In this document: positions 54,509 through 64,000 of the stretch, one piece after another
Layout of the letters: each line of letters starts with the position of its first letter
Numbering within the stretch: the first letter of the stretch is position 1
NCBI GenBank assembly: GCA_937625935.1
Contig: OW569369.1
Span: 62,001-126,000 of the forward strand
Source of the DNA: Tetramitus jugosus
Taxonomy: Eukaryota; Protista; Heterolobosea
Length of the DNA: 64,000 nucleotides
Direction of reading: 5' to 3'
Position numbers and translations under genes: made by a program
The notes under the pieces: model-generated
Database searches by the model: none
Told to the model about the DNA's origin: nothing
Seen by the model: only the letters and a program-made list of their open reading frames with translations

Positions 54509-54663
54509 ATGTTATTGTGTATTGTTTGTTTGATTCTGTTCAGGGATTTTCTCGGAGCACCCGAAAAAACATGGCGCCAAATTTCCTGTCATTGTTCCGA
54601 CTGTTCATGTTCCGCAAATTCCAGATTGCATACAAAACACCAACAAGAAAACAAAGGAACAAA

Positions 54664-56682
54664 ATGAACAAGGAAACATCCTTTTATCCATGGTTCAATT
54701 CAGTCATCAAAGAATCAGAATTGATTGACAACAGATATCCCATGAGTGGTTTCAATATTCAATTGCCCAATTGTGTGTTCATGGTTCAACGATTGCAACA
54801 ATACATGAATCAAGTATGGATCAACAACAACAACAACAATAAGCAACAACAACAACAACAGAAAACAACAACATCCATCAATCATTTCACTGTCATTCCA
54901 GTATCTCTTCCCATGATCATTCCACCTTCTCTCTTTTATCACAAATCCCATCATCATCAACAGCAACAACAACAGCAACAACAGAACAATAACCTAATGG
55001 AACTGTCCAACAATGATGATGATGACGAAACTGAGAATGAGAATGATGATGATGATGATGAAGAAGACAATAATAATTGGTCACTGCATCACGAGAGCAC
55101 CACCATGTCCATCATGCTCACCAAATACAACAATGTGAGTGTTTCTGTTCATGACAATGAATCACAACAACAACATCAACAACAATTACCATTGCTCACC
55201 AGTTCAAATGACACCACCATGTTTCACATGATCTCACTGTGGACACAATCTCACAGAGAACTACCACGCATCTACATGCAAAACACTTGTACACTGTTCA
55301 GGAATGAAACTCGCAGTTTTGCCACTCATCACAACACTCCACTCATTCGATCCAAACAAACTGAATTCATCTACTTTTGTTCAGTGCACGCTCAACAACA
55401 GGAATCAGAGCAGCATTTGACTCGAGTTGTTTGGCCACGTTATCTCGACGACTTGCTGTGTCAAGAGTTGGGTATTCAATGGCAAAAGTGTGGAATGAGG
55501 TTGGAGAGACCAGTGTGGGACCGTTATCCAAATGCTGTTCGATCACAGTGCTACGATTTTTTATTGCCCAATGGCAGAGTGTTGTCTATTGTGTCTGTGC
55601 ATGAACTGGGTCAATTCTATGCACGTGAATACAAGATTCAATTCAATGCACAGATGAACAACAATGCGACTACTATAGAACAAGAAATGGAAATGGGTGA
55701 ATCATGCAAAAAGAAGAAGAAGAAGAATAGTGACGGCGGTAGTAGTGGTAGTGGTAGTGGTGGTAAGCAGTATCCATTCATGAATGTGCATTACATTTCG
55801 ACTCGAGTATTGGCTGCATCGATTGCAGTTCATGGGGATGACAAGGGATTGCAAGTCATGCCACAGTATTGTCGCATTCAAGTTGTCATCATTCCCATCT
55901 TGCCTCCACCACAGCGCAACAATCGAAAGAGGGACAGCAGTCAACAACAGTATGACTCTGAATCGATCTTACAAGCATGTTATTCACTTGTGGACCAAAT
56001 TGCAATCTCTGATTGCTCAATGATGAATCGTGTGACTGTAGATGACAATGAAAAGACCACTCCAGGTGCAAAGTTCAACTATTGGGAGAAGAGAGGTGTG
56101 CCATTGAGAGTCGAAGTGGGACCAAGAGACTTGAAAGATCAAATGATAACCATTGCTCGTAGAGACAATGGTGAAAAGGAACGTGTGCCGATTCATGAGT
56201 CTTCGAATCGCATCCATCAACTGTTGCAGATCATTCAACACAATCTCTGTCAACACAACGAGACCTATCAATACGGTCAAGATAATAATGATGATAATAG
56301 TAAGAGTAACAAAATGGAAGAGAGCACACAAAAGTCAAACAGCATCGTGTACACTGCTTATTCGATTGATGATGCGATTGAAGCTCTCAATGTGAAAAAC
56401 TGCATGCGATTTGTGCGAGTGCCCATGTACTATGAGTTTGCATCCACAGAGCCACTCGCAATTCAGAGAAAACAAAGACAAGAATTGCAACAAGAGTACA
56501 TGACATATGAAAAGATGATATTCGAGGCGACCAACGGTGCAGAAATGAGAGGATTTGTGCCCCGAGATGAATTCACACGCGAAGAGCAATTGAAAGAAGA
56601 ACGTGAGAAACTAGTGGGTCAAAATTGTATATTTACATTATCAAAACCGGCAAATGCTTTCATGTACTTTGCTCGGTCATGA
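54664..56682 (+). CDS. Prolyl-tRNA synthetase-like protein (archaeal-type signatures, degenerate catalytic motifs)
   Basis: IDNRYPMSG, SLWTQSHRELP, FRNET..PLIR, HELGQ, ISTRVLAASIAVHGDDKGL, the anticodon-binding domain TPGAKFNYWEKRGVPLRVEVGPRDL, and a C-terminal FARS. Confidence 0.85.
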   Translation: MNKETSFYPWFNSVIKESELIDNRYPMSGFNIQLPNCVFMVQRLQQYMNQVWINNNNNNKQQQQQQKTTTSINHFTVIPVSLPMIIPPSLFYHKSHHHQQQQQQQQQNNNLMELSNNDDDDETENENDDDDDEEDNNNWSLHHESTTMSIMLTKYNNVSVSVHDNESQQQHQQQLPLLTSSNDTTMFHMISLWTQSHRELPRIYMQNTCTLFRNETRSFATHHNTPLIRSKQTEFIYFCSVHAQQQESEQHLTRVVWPRYLDDLLCQELGIQWQKCGMRLERPVWDRYPNAVRSQCYDFLLPNGRVLSIVSVHELGQFYAREYKIQFNAQMNNNATTIEQEMEMGESCKKKKKKNSDGGSSGSGSGGKQYPFMNVHYISTRVLAASIAVHGDDKGLQVMPQYCRIQVVIIPILPPPQRNNRKRDSSQQQYDSESILQACYSLVDQIAISDCSMMNRVTVDDNEKTTPGAKFNYWEKRGVPLRVEVGPRDLKDQMITIARRDNGEKERVPIHESSNRIHQLLQIIQHNLCQHNETYQYGQDNNDDNSKSNKMEESTQKSNSIVYTAYSIDDAIEALNVKNCMRFVRVPMYYEFASTEPLAIQRKQRQELQQEYMTYEKMIFEATNGAEMRGFVPRDEFTREEQLKEEREKLVGQNCIFTLSKPANAFMYFARS

Positions 56683-56746
56683 TAGCGATTGTATGTACAT
56701 GTATTTACACGAGAGATCCTCTTCATGGGGGACCCATGAACTCACT

Positions 56747-56995
56747 TCAAGAATGGTTGGTCTCTGGCATGGTACGATCCGATGGGAAAACATGCTCCGT
56801 TGTCCAATGCTTCTCAATCAGTGATCCTGGACGCTTATTTGCTGAAAGTTGGGTATTTGGCTGAGTTGGTTCGTGGTGTGTTGGAGCCGTGAGGATGCTG
56901 TCATCCTTTTTTCCTTTTCCGTGGCTCGTAAACTTTCGAGGAGCATATTTGAGGGATTTTGTGTGATTGATTGTACGAATGGCTGCTCTTCTCAT
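56747..56995 (-). CDS. Small hypothetical protein with a basic N-terminus
   Basis: 82-aa ATG ORF that fills the gap between two genes and follows an A/C-rich leader like those of neighbouring genes. Confidence 0.4.
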   Translation of the reverse strand: MRRAAIRTINHTKSLKYAPRKFTSHGKGKKDDSILTAPTHHEPTQPNTQLSANKRPGSLIEKHWTTEHVFPSDRTMPETNHS

Positions 56996-57140
56996 GGTAT
57001 CGTCTGGATTGAACTAGTTCTAGTCTTCTTTTCGTTTTGTTTGTGTGGATGTCGTGAACAATGACGGTTGTTAGCCGCTTTTATGTTCATGGTATTTGAA
57101 CATTCCGTGTCCTTTTATTTTTGGCACCATAAATGTAAAT

Positions 57141-60100
57141 TTAGAGTTCTTCGGATGGAACAGCGTGCTGTGTTTCTCTTGCTCCAATACTCCGGAGCAT
57201 ATCCTTGATGAGAGAAGTTAACTCCTCTGCTGGAACCGGTTTCGTAAGGAAGCGATCAAATGAGGAAGATAAGCAACGTTGAATCGTTTCTTCATCCGAA
57301 TTGGCTGTGACTGCAACAATGCTCATTGACCTTTCTCCTAGCGGAGCCAATAATCGGCGCATTTCCATTGCACTATCGAAACCAGACATGACAGGCATCA
57401 TAAGGTCCATGAAAACAGTGTCATACATTGGTTGTCCAGACTCTATCCTTTTTCGAACTAGCTCCAAGCCTTGCAACCCATCTGCGGCCACATCAATCTC
57501 TTGTAAACCAATCTTTGTCAACATGCGATAAAATATTTTACGATTCACAGCATTGTCTTCCACAATGAGCACACGTAATTCCCTGACCTCAAGTGGTTGT
57601 GATCCAGGAGAACCCACTATTGACAGAGAGAATGGGTTGAAGGGGGATTTGGCCCCAAAACTAAGTGTTTCAATACTGATAGCTTGCAAGAGCGAAATGA
57701 GCTTGATCGGTTTCCTCAGATAAATAATACCATGTAATGGACTGCTATCTATTGACTCCACATTGTTGCTCCGGTCCTCCATAGATAGTGTGATAATGAC
57801 TCTGCATGCGGAAGAAGCATAGGGCACGATTAAATGCTTGCGGTGATTAGGCCCAACAATCGCAACCATACTATTGGAAGAATACTGTGCTTCATAGTGA
57901 AGCTGAACCTCTCGCTGCGTGCTTGCAAATATTACGTTGGGAATAGACAACTCCTCAAAGTACTTTTGTAAAATCTTGCACAGTGGCTCGCTATCTTCAA
58001 ACACAATAATGTTCTGTATCAGTGGTTCAACAAATAAGTCGCGTATTCTTCTTGTTCCTGACACGGGGGCAGTGTAATCACTCTCGTTACTCTTATTTAG
58101 CTCGACTTGGAAATGAAAGGTGGCTCCTTGCCCAACTTCGCTAATCACGCCTACTGATCCCTTCATGAGTGATGCCAAATGTGAGCAAATCGGCAAACCA
58201 AGTCCCCAACCCATATTCTCAACTCTCTTTCGAATGGTTCCTGGTGTAGGAAGTTGCACATATGGTTCAAAGATGACAGATTGATCTTCTTTTTTCACAC
58301 CAATACCAGTGTCTATGCACTCAAATCGTAATGTGACACTCTCTTTTGATTCTGTCACTTTAGAGCATGTGATCTTAATATAGCCACTGTCTGTAAACTT
58401 TACACTATTCAGAGCATAATTTAACAGAATTTGTACAATTCTATGTCTATCGCACTTCACAGCATCAGGTATATCAGTTTCAACATACGTATTCACAATC
58501 AATCCCTTTGCGTGAGCCTGTGAAGATATCATATTACCCACAGATTCAACAATATCTAAAATACTTGATGATTCTGACACTAAACTCTTGACGGACGAAT
58601 CCAAACGACTCACATGTAACACATCCGATATCATACCTAGTAATAACCCTGCATTGTCTTTTGCATCATTGACAAGTTCTGCTTGAGATTTCGTCAATCC
58701 ATCTAGAGCCAGTAATTGAAGAGATCCTACCACACAATTCAATGGATTCAGTAATTCATGACTGATCGTAAACAATAGTTGAGATTTTGAACGTAGCTCA
58801 ATTTGCTTCTCAGTCACATATCTCTCATTCTCCAATGCTAAATTATGTTCTGTTGTATCAATAATGAGAATCATTGCAGCTGTGTAACCATCTACAGGAT
58901 TACCAATCGTACTAGCTCTTACAGAAAAGTACCTAGACTCGTGTTCCCACTCCCATATACGACTATGACCGTTAGAGAACAGCTGACCCAACTCATTTTT
59001 CATCTCTTCATAGATCGAAACATTATTCTGAAACAAATCAACAAAGGAACGACCAACGAGGTCATTCTTTTCAATATCTAAGAAATCTCTATTAGAGAAT
59101 TGAATCACATAATTCTTATCAATCTTTAGAATCATATGATCCACTTGTTCGACCAATGATCGATAGTGCTCCTCCGATGCCAATAAATCATTCTTTGCCT
59201 TGACTATATCCGTGACATCAAATGCGACACCAATGACTCCCACCACATTCGATGATTCATTCTTCAACGGTGCCAAAGCTGCACTAAATTGGAACTTGTC
59301 TGCGATAATATCATATCCAACGTTTTCTCCCTTGAGAGCTTGTCTGTGTCTCTCTACATTGACGGGCTCATCTGTGAATGACTTGTCAGAGGGTTGATAC
59401 AATGGCCTTCCCTCATAATCCTCAGGTGTACCTCCAATACGCTTCAAACCAGCACCTTTGCAGAATGTATAAATCATCTCACTATCGACAGCCCACACCA
59501 TTGCAGGCAAATGCATAAGCATCGCTTCCATCATTGTTGATTTTTCAACTTGACTCTTTCTCAGATTCTGAGAAACATGTATCATCCAAACAAATATCGT
59601 ATATAGAGGAACAACTTTCATATAGAGCATGACAGCACCACTCAAACTCATCAAGCAACTATTGGAACCAGTGATATCGCTACTGGAAGAAGAACTAAAA
59701 ATGTTCAAGAGACAATCACTTCTTAGATTGGGAACAATGACCAACATTGCGATACATAGTGTCACATGAGCAGCCAGATGCATCATAATGAACCGTAGGT
59801 TGCTCTTTTGTGAAGTGATAAAGCTCAATAGTGGAATTGTGTGCAAGTACTCAAACGGCAGCATATTGTGCACGTGGACAACTACAACAGCAGGCATGAC
59901 TTCCTTCATGGACAATTTCTTTGACTCTTCACTCAACAGAGTACTCTGACGCAAGACGGAATGGCCAAGTGCCTCCAACCGTCTCCACAGCAACAAGTAA
60001 TGAACAAGAACAAAACTGAAGCGACTCACAGGCAACAGATACCGAGAAACACCGAGTGGCAATATGAAACGTTTGATCCAAGGAAACCGAAGAAACAAGG

Positions 60101-60899
60101 AACTATGGATATCATGATGAGCACAAAACATTGCTGAACCATTCTTCTTCTCTTGACTGTCGCACACGCAACCATGATTGATTTCCTTCTTGAGTATCGC
60201 ACAGTGATAATGAATCGATAACTTTGCCAACAGAAAAACAAACATGGACACGGCGAGTCCAATAATGGTATAGGATGGAAACAGCTCAAACCTACTATTG
60301 TTACCACTACTACTACTACTATAATAATTCAGGTCGTCTAATGAACGTAATAGAGATGAGTGATGATGAGACAGGGGGAGATATGATGATGAGGAAGCTA
60401 GATTTGAGGAGATTGCATAGAGGCACTCATACCAGAAGACACCCATGGCAAACAAGACGATAAAGTGAACTTCGATTGCATTTTCAAATATGGAGAATGA
60501 GAATTGACGTGAAGCAGCAGCAGGTGTAGTCGTAGTAGTAGGTGTAGTTGTCGTCGTAGGATTAGTAGGAGTAGTAGTAGTAGGTAGAGGAGGTGTTGAG
60601 ATGGATGTGTGATGATTGTTGTCGAGGTGCGAGTAGTCACTTTTAACTTTGGTCGAGGGTGATGGTGGTGGTGTTGGAGTTTGTGCTGAATTGACCTCGA
60701 CTTTTTCTTCTTCTGGTTGTAGTTGTTGTAGCTCTTGCCATGTTTCTTCCGCTGCGGTTGCATCAGGTGTTGATGTTGTTGTGTCTGGTCGTTGTATTTC
60801 TTCTTCTTGAATACTCATCACTATTGTTGAGGCTTCGACAGCACTGGTTGTGGATGTCGTCATCGTTGGTTCCCTAGATGTTATTGTTTGAGGAGACAT
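57141..60899 (-). CDS. Membrane-bound hybrid histidine kinase (TM region, two PAS, HisKA, HATPase, degenerate and intact receiver domains)
   Basis: H-box ISHELLNPLN, N-box QILLNYALNSVKFT, DTGIG and GWGLGL. Receiver VLIVEDNAVN, FMDLMMPVMSG, VTAN and LTKP. Confidence 0.93.
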   Translation of the reverse strand: MSPQTITSREPTMTTSTTSAVEASTIVMSIQEEEIQRPDTTTSTPDATAAEETWQELQQLQPEEEKVEVNSAQTPTPPPSPSTKVKSDYSHLDNNHHTSISTPPLPTTTTPTNPTTTTTPTTTTTPAAASRQFSFSIFENAIEVHFIVLFAMGVFWYECLYAISSNLASSSSYLPLSHHHSSLLRSLDDLNYYSSSSSGNNSRFELFPSYTIIGLAVSMFVFLLAKLSIHYHCAILKKEINHGCVCDSQEKKNGSAMFCAHHDIHSSLFLRFPWIKRFILPLGVSRYLLPVSRFSFVLVHYLLLWRRLEALGHSVLRQSTLLSEESKKLSMKEVMPAVVVVHVHNMLPFEYLHTIPLLSFITSQKSNLRFIMMHLAAHVTLCIAMLVIVPNLRSDCLLNIFSSSSSSDITGSNSCLMSLSGAVMLYMKVVPLYTIFVWMIHVSQNLRKSQVEKSTMMEAMLMHLPAMVWAVDSEMIYTFCKGAGLKRIGGTPEDYEGRPLYQPSDKSFTDEPVNVERHRQALKGENVGYDIIADKFQFSAALAPLKNESSNVVGVIGVAFDVTDIVKAKNDLLASEEHYRSLVEQVDHMILKIDKNYVIQFSNRDFLDIEKNDLVGRSFVDLFQNNVSIYEEMKNELGQLFSNGHSRIWEWEHESRYFSVRASTIGNPVDGYTAAMILIIDTTEHNLALENERYVTEKQIELRSKSQLLFTISHELLNPLNCVVGSLQLLALDGLTKSQAELVNDAKDNAGLLLGMISDVLHVSRLDSSVKSLVSESSSILDIVESVGNMISSQAHAKGLIVNTYVETDIPDAVKCDRHRIVQILLNYALNSVKFTDSGYIKITCSKVTESKESVTLRFECIDTGIGVKKEDQSVIFEPYVQLPTPGTIRKRVENMGWGLGLPICSHLASLMKGSVGVISEVGQGATFHFQVELNKSNESDYTAPVSGTRRIRDLFVEPLIQNIIVFEDSEPLCKILQKYFEELSIPNVIFASTQREVQLHYEAQYSSNSMVAIVGPNHRKHLIVPYASSACRVIITLSMEDRSNNVESIDSSPLHGIIYLRKPIKLISLLQAISIETLSFGAKSPFNPFSLSIVGSPGSQPLEVRELRVLIVEDNAVNRKIFYRMLTKIGLQEIDVAADGLQGLELVRKRIESGQPMYDTVFMDLMMPVMSGFDSAMEMRRLLAPLGERSMSIVAVTANSDEETIQRCLSSSFDRFLTKPVPAEELTSLIKDMLRSIGARETQHAVPSEEL

Positions 60900-61364
60900 G
60901 AGCGTTTTTTTTCAGTGGTCAACACCAAACCACCAAAGTATCGACACATTGATTGTGTCAACCACGTGATACCTTGAGAAGCACAAATAGAGCTTGGCGT
61001 TTTCCGCAGAAGACTCGCTTTGGGTCAATGAAACTGCTGTCATTTTTTTGTTGGTCAAATTTGGTTGTTTGGAATTGGCCGACGTCTGAAAAAACAGAGC
61101 CACGCGACCATTGAACATATCTACAGTGAAAATCTGTACGTTGACAGTTGTAAAGTGGATGTATGACGATACTTTTTTGTAGAGTCATCAGACCGATTGC
61201 CCAAAAGACGACCGTCGGGCCCAACTATCAAATGATTCCGATTGGAGAGGAAAGACCAGAAGTGACGCTGGAATAATCGTGAGAGGGCAGTAAGAAAATG
61301 AAAACACCAATGGAGGATGTAATAAAGAATGTTATTGCTCGACTGAGAACAGGATATGTTCAGG

Positions 61365-62762
61365 TTACTCTGTTTCAAGGTATCGTCGAGCTTTTCGGAC
61401 GGTGACAGACTCCAATCCTTTTGAACTATAGCTCTGATACGAATTGAAAAGTGGTTTTGATAATCTCAGAGTCCTCAGGTTTGACATTGTTATCAGGGGC
61501 GTAAAATTCACTCCTTTTGGCATATCGTTCAGATAATTGGTCAGTTCGACAGAGTGTAAGTGCGTATTCCGAGCTACTTTCCTCAATACTTTTTCGACCT
61601 CTACTTCACTCTCTAGATCGATGGATAAGTGTTTAATATTGGGATTCTGGTTGACCTGAATCAAATGGTAAGGATGTAGACAAGCTTGCTTCTGAACTAA
61701 TCGGAGTGACCTTATGTTCTTATTGTGCTGAATTCCTTCCAGATAGGAACGGTCATAACATTCTGCTGTATCAATCACATAGAGGCTCAAATGAGAACAC
61801 GAAACCCTCTGCAGGAACGTAGGTAGAGAGTTTCGAGGAACTGAAACCCATGCCAGACTCAAATTCTTACACTTCATAGCATCAAGGAATGAATCCATAT
61901 CTGATATCTCTGCTCGACCAAACATGATTGTTTGTAGCTGCGAGAAACGATTCAATACACTTGGAACGATCAATTCACTCGGACATTCAAATATATTGAG
62001 GCTTTTGATTTGATTGGGGCATTGACTCAACTTGTCAAACACCAAATGATCCTTCTTTGTCATTATGACTTCACAATCAACAAACAAGTGAATATCAGGA
62101 TGTTTCAGTACGATCCGATCCATCACATCCATCAAGATATCAATTGAGAAATGCTTTGTAAATCTTATCTGACGAACTTGTTTCCACAACATTCTATGAT
62201 CAAATATACAATATCTGCTCGAAGCTTCATCCAACATAACGTTGCAAAACATTCCAATGACTTTACCGTCGTACAATCGACCGTAGGACTCACTGACTGA
62301 CTCATAGGGAATTTCAGACAATCGAACAAAGGGTCCAAACAAAAATATCAATTGTATCACATCACTGGGCAACTCCATAAACGTCAGCTCTCTCTTCTTG
62401 TTTCTCTCAATCGCACATGAATCGTCATTCAATGTTTCACTAGTCATGAACGAGGCTTGATTGCTCGGAATCCAATCCATCTCATCCAACACGTAAACTG
62501 ATTCTCTACTTGTGCCGCCCGTATAGTCAATATTCATCTGATTGAGTACGGTAGGGCACTGAGCTTCCTCGCTCAACTCTTCATTCGATGTGATCGTTGA
62601 TCTCTTTGCAGGAAGTTGGGGAGATGATGAATTGGAAGATGGTGAGCTCGTGTATAACTCTTGTTCTTCTTCTCCGGTTTTCTTTGATGTTTTGCAGCAG
62701 TCAAAGCAGTTGGGTCTCATTCTCTTCAGAGATCGATAGCAATACTGAACAGAGTCAACCAT
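61365..62762 (-). CDS. F-box-like/LRR protein
   Basis: TFMELPSDVIQLIFLF is an F-box-like start, followed by degenerate LRRs (IKSLNI, IRSLRL, IKHLSI, LRTLRL). Confidence 0.65.
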   Translation of the reverse strand: MVDSVQYCYRSLKRMRPNCFDCCKTSKKTGEEEQELYTSSPSSNSSSPQLPAKRSTITSNEELSEEAQCPTVLNQMNIDYTGGTSRESVYVLDEMDWIPSNQASFMTSETLNDDSCAIERNKKRELTFMELPSDVIQLIFLFGPFVRLSEIPYESVSESYGRLYDGKVIGMFCNVMLDEASSRYCIFDHRMLWKQVRQIRFTKHFSIDILMDVMDRIVLKHPDIHLFVDCEVIMTKKDHLVFDKLSQCPNQIKSLNIFECPSELIVPSVLNRFSQLQTIMFGRAEISDMDSFLDAMKCKNLSLAWVSVPRNSLPTFLQRVSCSHLSLYVIDTAECYDRSYLEGIQHNKNIRSLRLVQKQACLHPYHLIQVNQNPNIKHLSIDLESEVEVEKVLRKVARNTHLHSVELTNYLNDMPKGVNFTPLITMSNLRTLRLSKPLFNSYQSYSSKGLESVTVRKARRYLETE

Positions 62763-63005
62763 GTTATATTCTCCAAATCAATTGTTAACTAGAAGTTGAT
62801 CAATAGTAATATTAATAATACCCCAAAGAATGATTGATTCCTTTTGGTCAGGCCCACACATGACAGTGCACAACGAAAACTGGAGTATGATACAATGAGG
62901 GCCAAAAATGATCACCAGCACTAAAATATCGATTATTTTGCCCGCTTGTTTCTGTTCATCAAATTTGTTGAACTAGCAAAAAAAGCTTTCACACAGACAC
63001 AAACA

Positions 63006-63599
63006 ATGCAAAAAATGAAGGCGAATAAAGACGTGAATCAAAAGAAGGAGACGACTGCCCAACCTGAGGATGAAAGAGAGGCAATCGATATGAGCGATGT
63101 CCGGAAACAACAAAACAAGGAGGAAGAAGAAGCCAACTTTCGAATTTCTCAATTCATGGATTTTACGAATGATACAATCGATGAAAATGATGACGAAGCA
63201 GCGGCTACTACAACAATGGACACTGAAGAAGACAGCAACCTGACATTTGAAGAAAGAATTGCAAAGCACGAGCGATTATTATCATTTGCTTTTCCATTGA
63301 GTGCACATCATTTCTTGGAACAAGTGGATGACATGAAACTAAGTAAGAAGAGCATGCCAACAGAAACAGAAATCAATGACTATCTTGTAAATCCGAGTAG
63401 GGGTTATGGAATACGAGGACACATGTTCTATACGACACAACAAGCAACACTCAAAGGACAGAGAGAACGTACGCAATTGAAGAATCAGCTAAAGCTCAAG
63501 GGATACATGAATGCAGCCAAAAAGTTGTCAAAGGAGAAAAACCTGGACGCTGCTAGTGCCTTTGAGAAAAGAAAGAAGCTAATGAAGAGGAGACGATAA
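63006..63599 (+). CDS. Hypothetical charged protein with a basic C-terminal NLS-like tail
   Basis: ATG at 63006 in ORF 62946-63599, ending KRKKLMKRRR. Confidence 0.65.
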   Translation: MQKMKANKDVNQKKETTAQPEDEREAIDMSDVRKQQNKEEEEANFRISQFMDFTNDTIDENDDEAAATTTMDTEEDSNLTFEERIAKHERLLSFAFPLSAHHFLEQVDDMKLSKKSMPTETEINDYLVNPSRGYGIRGHMFYTTQQATLKGQRERTQLKNQLKLKGYMNAAKKLSKEKNLDAASAFEKRKKLMKRRR

Positions 63600-63828
63600 A
63601 AAAATTTCCATGTGACTCTCTGTCGTGTTTTCTTTCTTTTTCTCGCGAAAACTGTTTTTGATTACTCCTCTCATTTTTAGGCGCGTATTTCCTTCAAGTT
63701 TCTGATCTGTCATGACACATCGAATCTTTTTTCTGGAGGGAGATTAGTTACAACGGACAAACCAAATTTTGTAAAAATCGAATGCTTGTCAGTCATCAGT
63801 CGTCACTAATCCATGTCAAATATGTGAC

Positions 63829-64000
63829 ATGTCAACAAGGTGTGGATCATTGTCGACACAGGAGACAGGCTTGGGAACCATCAAAAACATTCCTTGGTTG
63901 GCGCAATACGATTCACACATTCCCAAACAACAAACAACAACATCAACAACAACAACTGCTGTATCTATATTCTCCCTTGTGTTTAACTCACACAACAACA
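63829..64000 (+). CDS. Possible 5' end of a gene running off the window
   Basis: ATG at 63829 opens MSTRCGSLSTQETGLGTIKNIPWLAQYDSHIPKQQTTTSTTTT... with no stop before the edge. Confidence 0.3.
   Translation, partial: MSTRCGSLSTQETGLGTIKNIPWLAQYDSHIPKQQTTTSTTTTAVSIFSLVFNSHNN

Noticed and set aside
54439-54663. N-terminal extension of the ProRS-like ORF
   Set aside because: It overlaps the start of the opposite-strand gene and the shared promoter. ProRS similarity starts just after the ATG at 54664.
51036-56682. HEN1 plus the ProRS-like gene as a bacterial-style RNA repair cluster (Pnkp-Hen1)
   Set aside because: This is a eukaryotic gene context with no Pnkp or ligase nearby and no bacterial Hen1 N-terminal domain. 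Adjacency alone is not evidence.
1-64000. Assignment to Dictyostelium because of poly-N/Q tracts and a TRE5-like insertion
   Set aside because: Intergenic DNA and introns are not extremely AT-rich, the 5S gene is dispersed and an FBF1-like gene is present. The taxonomy remains unproven without phylogeny.

Overview
Gene-dense nuclear DNA from a eukaryotic microbe, with short GT-AG introns, very short intergenic gaps and many poly-N/Q/S/H tracts. The gene content (FBF1-like basal-body protein, RCC1/BTB protein, PAS hybrid histidine kinase) fits a free-living amoeba or amoeboflagellate, perhaps a heterolobosean; this taxonomic guess is inference only. About 30 protein genes are present, including DCTN5, muskelin, a metallothionein-like protein, an H2A variant, acyl-CoA synthetase, PI3K, RPS25, an SLC5 symporter, acyl-CoA oxidase, RPB8, a HAS1-like helicase, PTC7, OCA2-like, HEN1 and a hybrid histidine kinase. 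There is also one tRNA-Val(AAC) gene and one solitary 5S rRNA gene. The standout is a young, 5'-truncated L1-type non-LTR retrotransposon (11970-14764) with an unbroken RT/zinc-knuckle ORF, a 3' hairpin with the stop codon in its loop, a poly(A) tail and a perfect 16-18 bp target-site duplication. It sits 47 bp upstream of the tRNA-Val gene with its 5' end facing the tRNA, the same geometry as the tRNA-targeting TRE5 elements of Dictyostelium, but apparently in a different lineage. Other notable items are an archaeal-type prolyl-tRNA synthetase paralogue with a degenerate amino-acid pocket, an 827-bp segment flanked by 15-bp direct repeats, a structured intergenic ncRNA candidate, an IPT/TIG-domain candidate transcription factor and a BRCT/BTB-BACK/MATH protein. 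All family assignments come from motifs read by eye; no database searches were run.
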